A program made the position numbers and the translations under genes. From Epiperipatus broadwayi (lineage: Eukaryota > Animalia > Onychophora), in the NCBI GenBank assembly GCA_028023455.1, contig JAQFVV010000003.1, positions 13,888,001 through 13,952,000 of the forward strand: a stretch of DNA of 64,000 nucleotides, written 5' to 3'. Under the pieces are notes generated by a model. That model worked only from the letters and a program-made list of their open reading frames with translations. It had not been told where the DNA came from and did no database searches. This document shows, one piece after another, positions 62,701 to 64,000 of the stretch (within the stretch, counting starts at the first letter, position 1; each line of letters starts with the position of its first letter).

Positions 62701-64000
62701 AAAAATTAAGTAATGCCATGATAGTATATTTGGAATTTATTAAAATATATTTGAATATGCAATAAAATTAAAATCACAGCAGCTGCACAGATTAAATGCA
62801 GTGATAGTGATAAATTCAAAAGCTAAATATCCCTGTATCAAAAGTAAATTCTGACACATCTAATGTTCAAACATCACATAATGTGAGCAATAAACTATTC
62901 CATTATTTCATTTATTAATAAGGGTAGAAGATTATTTTGTGGGCCATTATACAATTAGAAGCAGATGAACTTATTTAGATGAAGTTAAAAGATATTTTTA
63001 ATCGCAAGAGTAGCATAAGATTTCTAATCCTTAAAATTTCAAAGCAAAATAAATAAAAAAAAAAAAACGAAAAAAAAAATTTACTAAAAAACATTTATAT
63101 AAATAAATTATAAATTTATCTGCCTTTTCTTCTACCACTTTTTCTTTTTCGCTGATTTTAAACTATAGACATCAAATCTGATTCAATGCACAGGCCATTG
63201 AATCTAGTTTTACAAGTTTGTAACACAAATAAGAAGGGAATAACTAAGGAGCTAGTCCAAAATGAGAGATAAAGTAAAATGATAATAATCTGATTAGTTT
63301 TTTAGTTATGTAGAGATCAAAGACATTTATATCATAAAAATGAAAAGAAAAGGAAAAATGATGAATTAGACAATTAATAATAACAGTTGCAATTATTTAT
63401 TTTTGATTATATATAAAAATCATTGAAGAATAAATGAGTGCAAACAATACAGATTAATGAAATAAATGTGCAGACTCAGTAGGCCTCAAAAAAATATTTG
63501 ATAAATAAAAATCAATCTTAATTCAATAAGTAATATAATATAATTTTTCATGTTTGATAGAATATAAATATCCAATATATAATAGCAAAATTATATAAAA
63601 TTAAGTCAATATATTATTATATGATAAAATTATTTTTTCTCGAAATGATATATATTATAAAAATAAAAAGAGTTCAAAAAAGATAAGTAATTATAAAATG
63701 ATAAAAAAGAGTGTTTATACTATTCTCTCTTCTGGTGAAATAAAATTGGTTCATTTTATAGATATAAAAGTTTCTTTGTTATTATAAATAAAACAATTAT
63801 ATTATTTTCTTTATTATTTTAAGTTAAATTATATTTATCAGTTAACTACAGAAAAAAGAGAAGAGTAGACTTTAAATATTTCTTTTCTATGAGATGTATA
63901 TGCAAATATTATCCAAATATTTCATTAAAATGTTTTTTAAAAACTGGATGTTGAAATGACCTGATATAAAAGGAACAAATGTTATCAATATTAATGATAA

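Overview
Very AT-rich eukaryotic (invertebrate-like) DNA. The only host gene I can support is a minus-strand POC1 (WDR51-type centriolar WD40 protein) gene, seen as five in-phase GT-AG exons at 49798-49877, 48284-48375, 43741-43849, 43586-43656 and 27355-27462. I could not find its N-terminal or C-terminal exons, so the whole window is probably POC1 intron plus these exons. The introns are filled with decayed mobile DNA: an internally deleted Ty3/Gypsy element (11021-14774), a hAT remnant, RTE and other LINE fragments, MITE/foldback elements, and several Penelope-like elements (PLEs). The most notable signal is a dense set of minimal type I hammerhead ribozyme (HHR) motifs in about four unrelated repeat families. 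Family C is a 354-bp tandem, retrozyme-like monomer with dispersed and palindromic copies. Family B is a PLE whose HHR has an apparent compensatory A3-U8 core pair. Family A is a PLE pseudo-LTR that couples a tRNA-like Pol III head to an HHR. Family D is two dead copies whose consensus rebuilds a complete HHR. Two core-intact HHRs lie sense to the POC1 pre-mRNA. All calls come from manual reading and translation; no searches or folding were run, and repeat boundaries are approximate.
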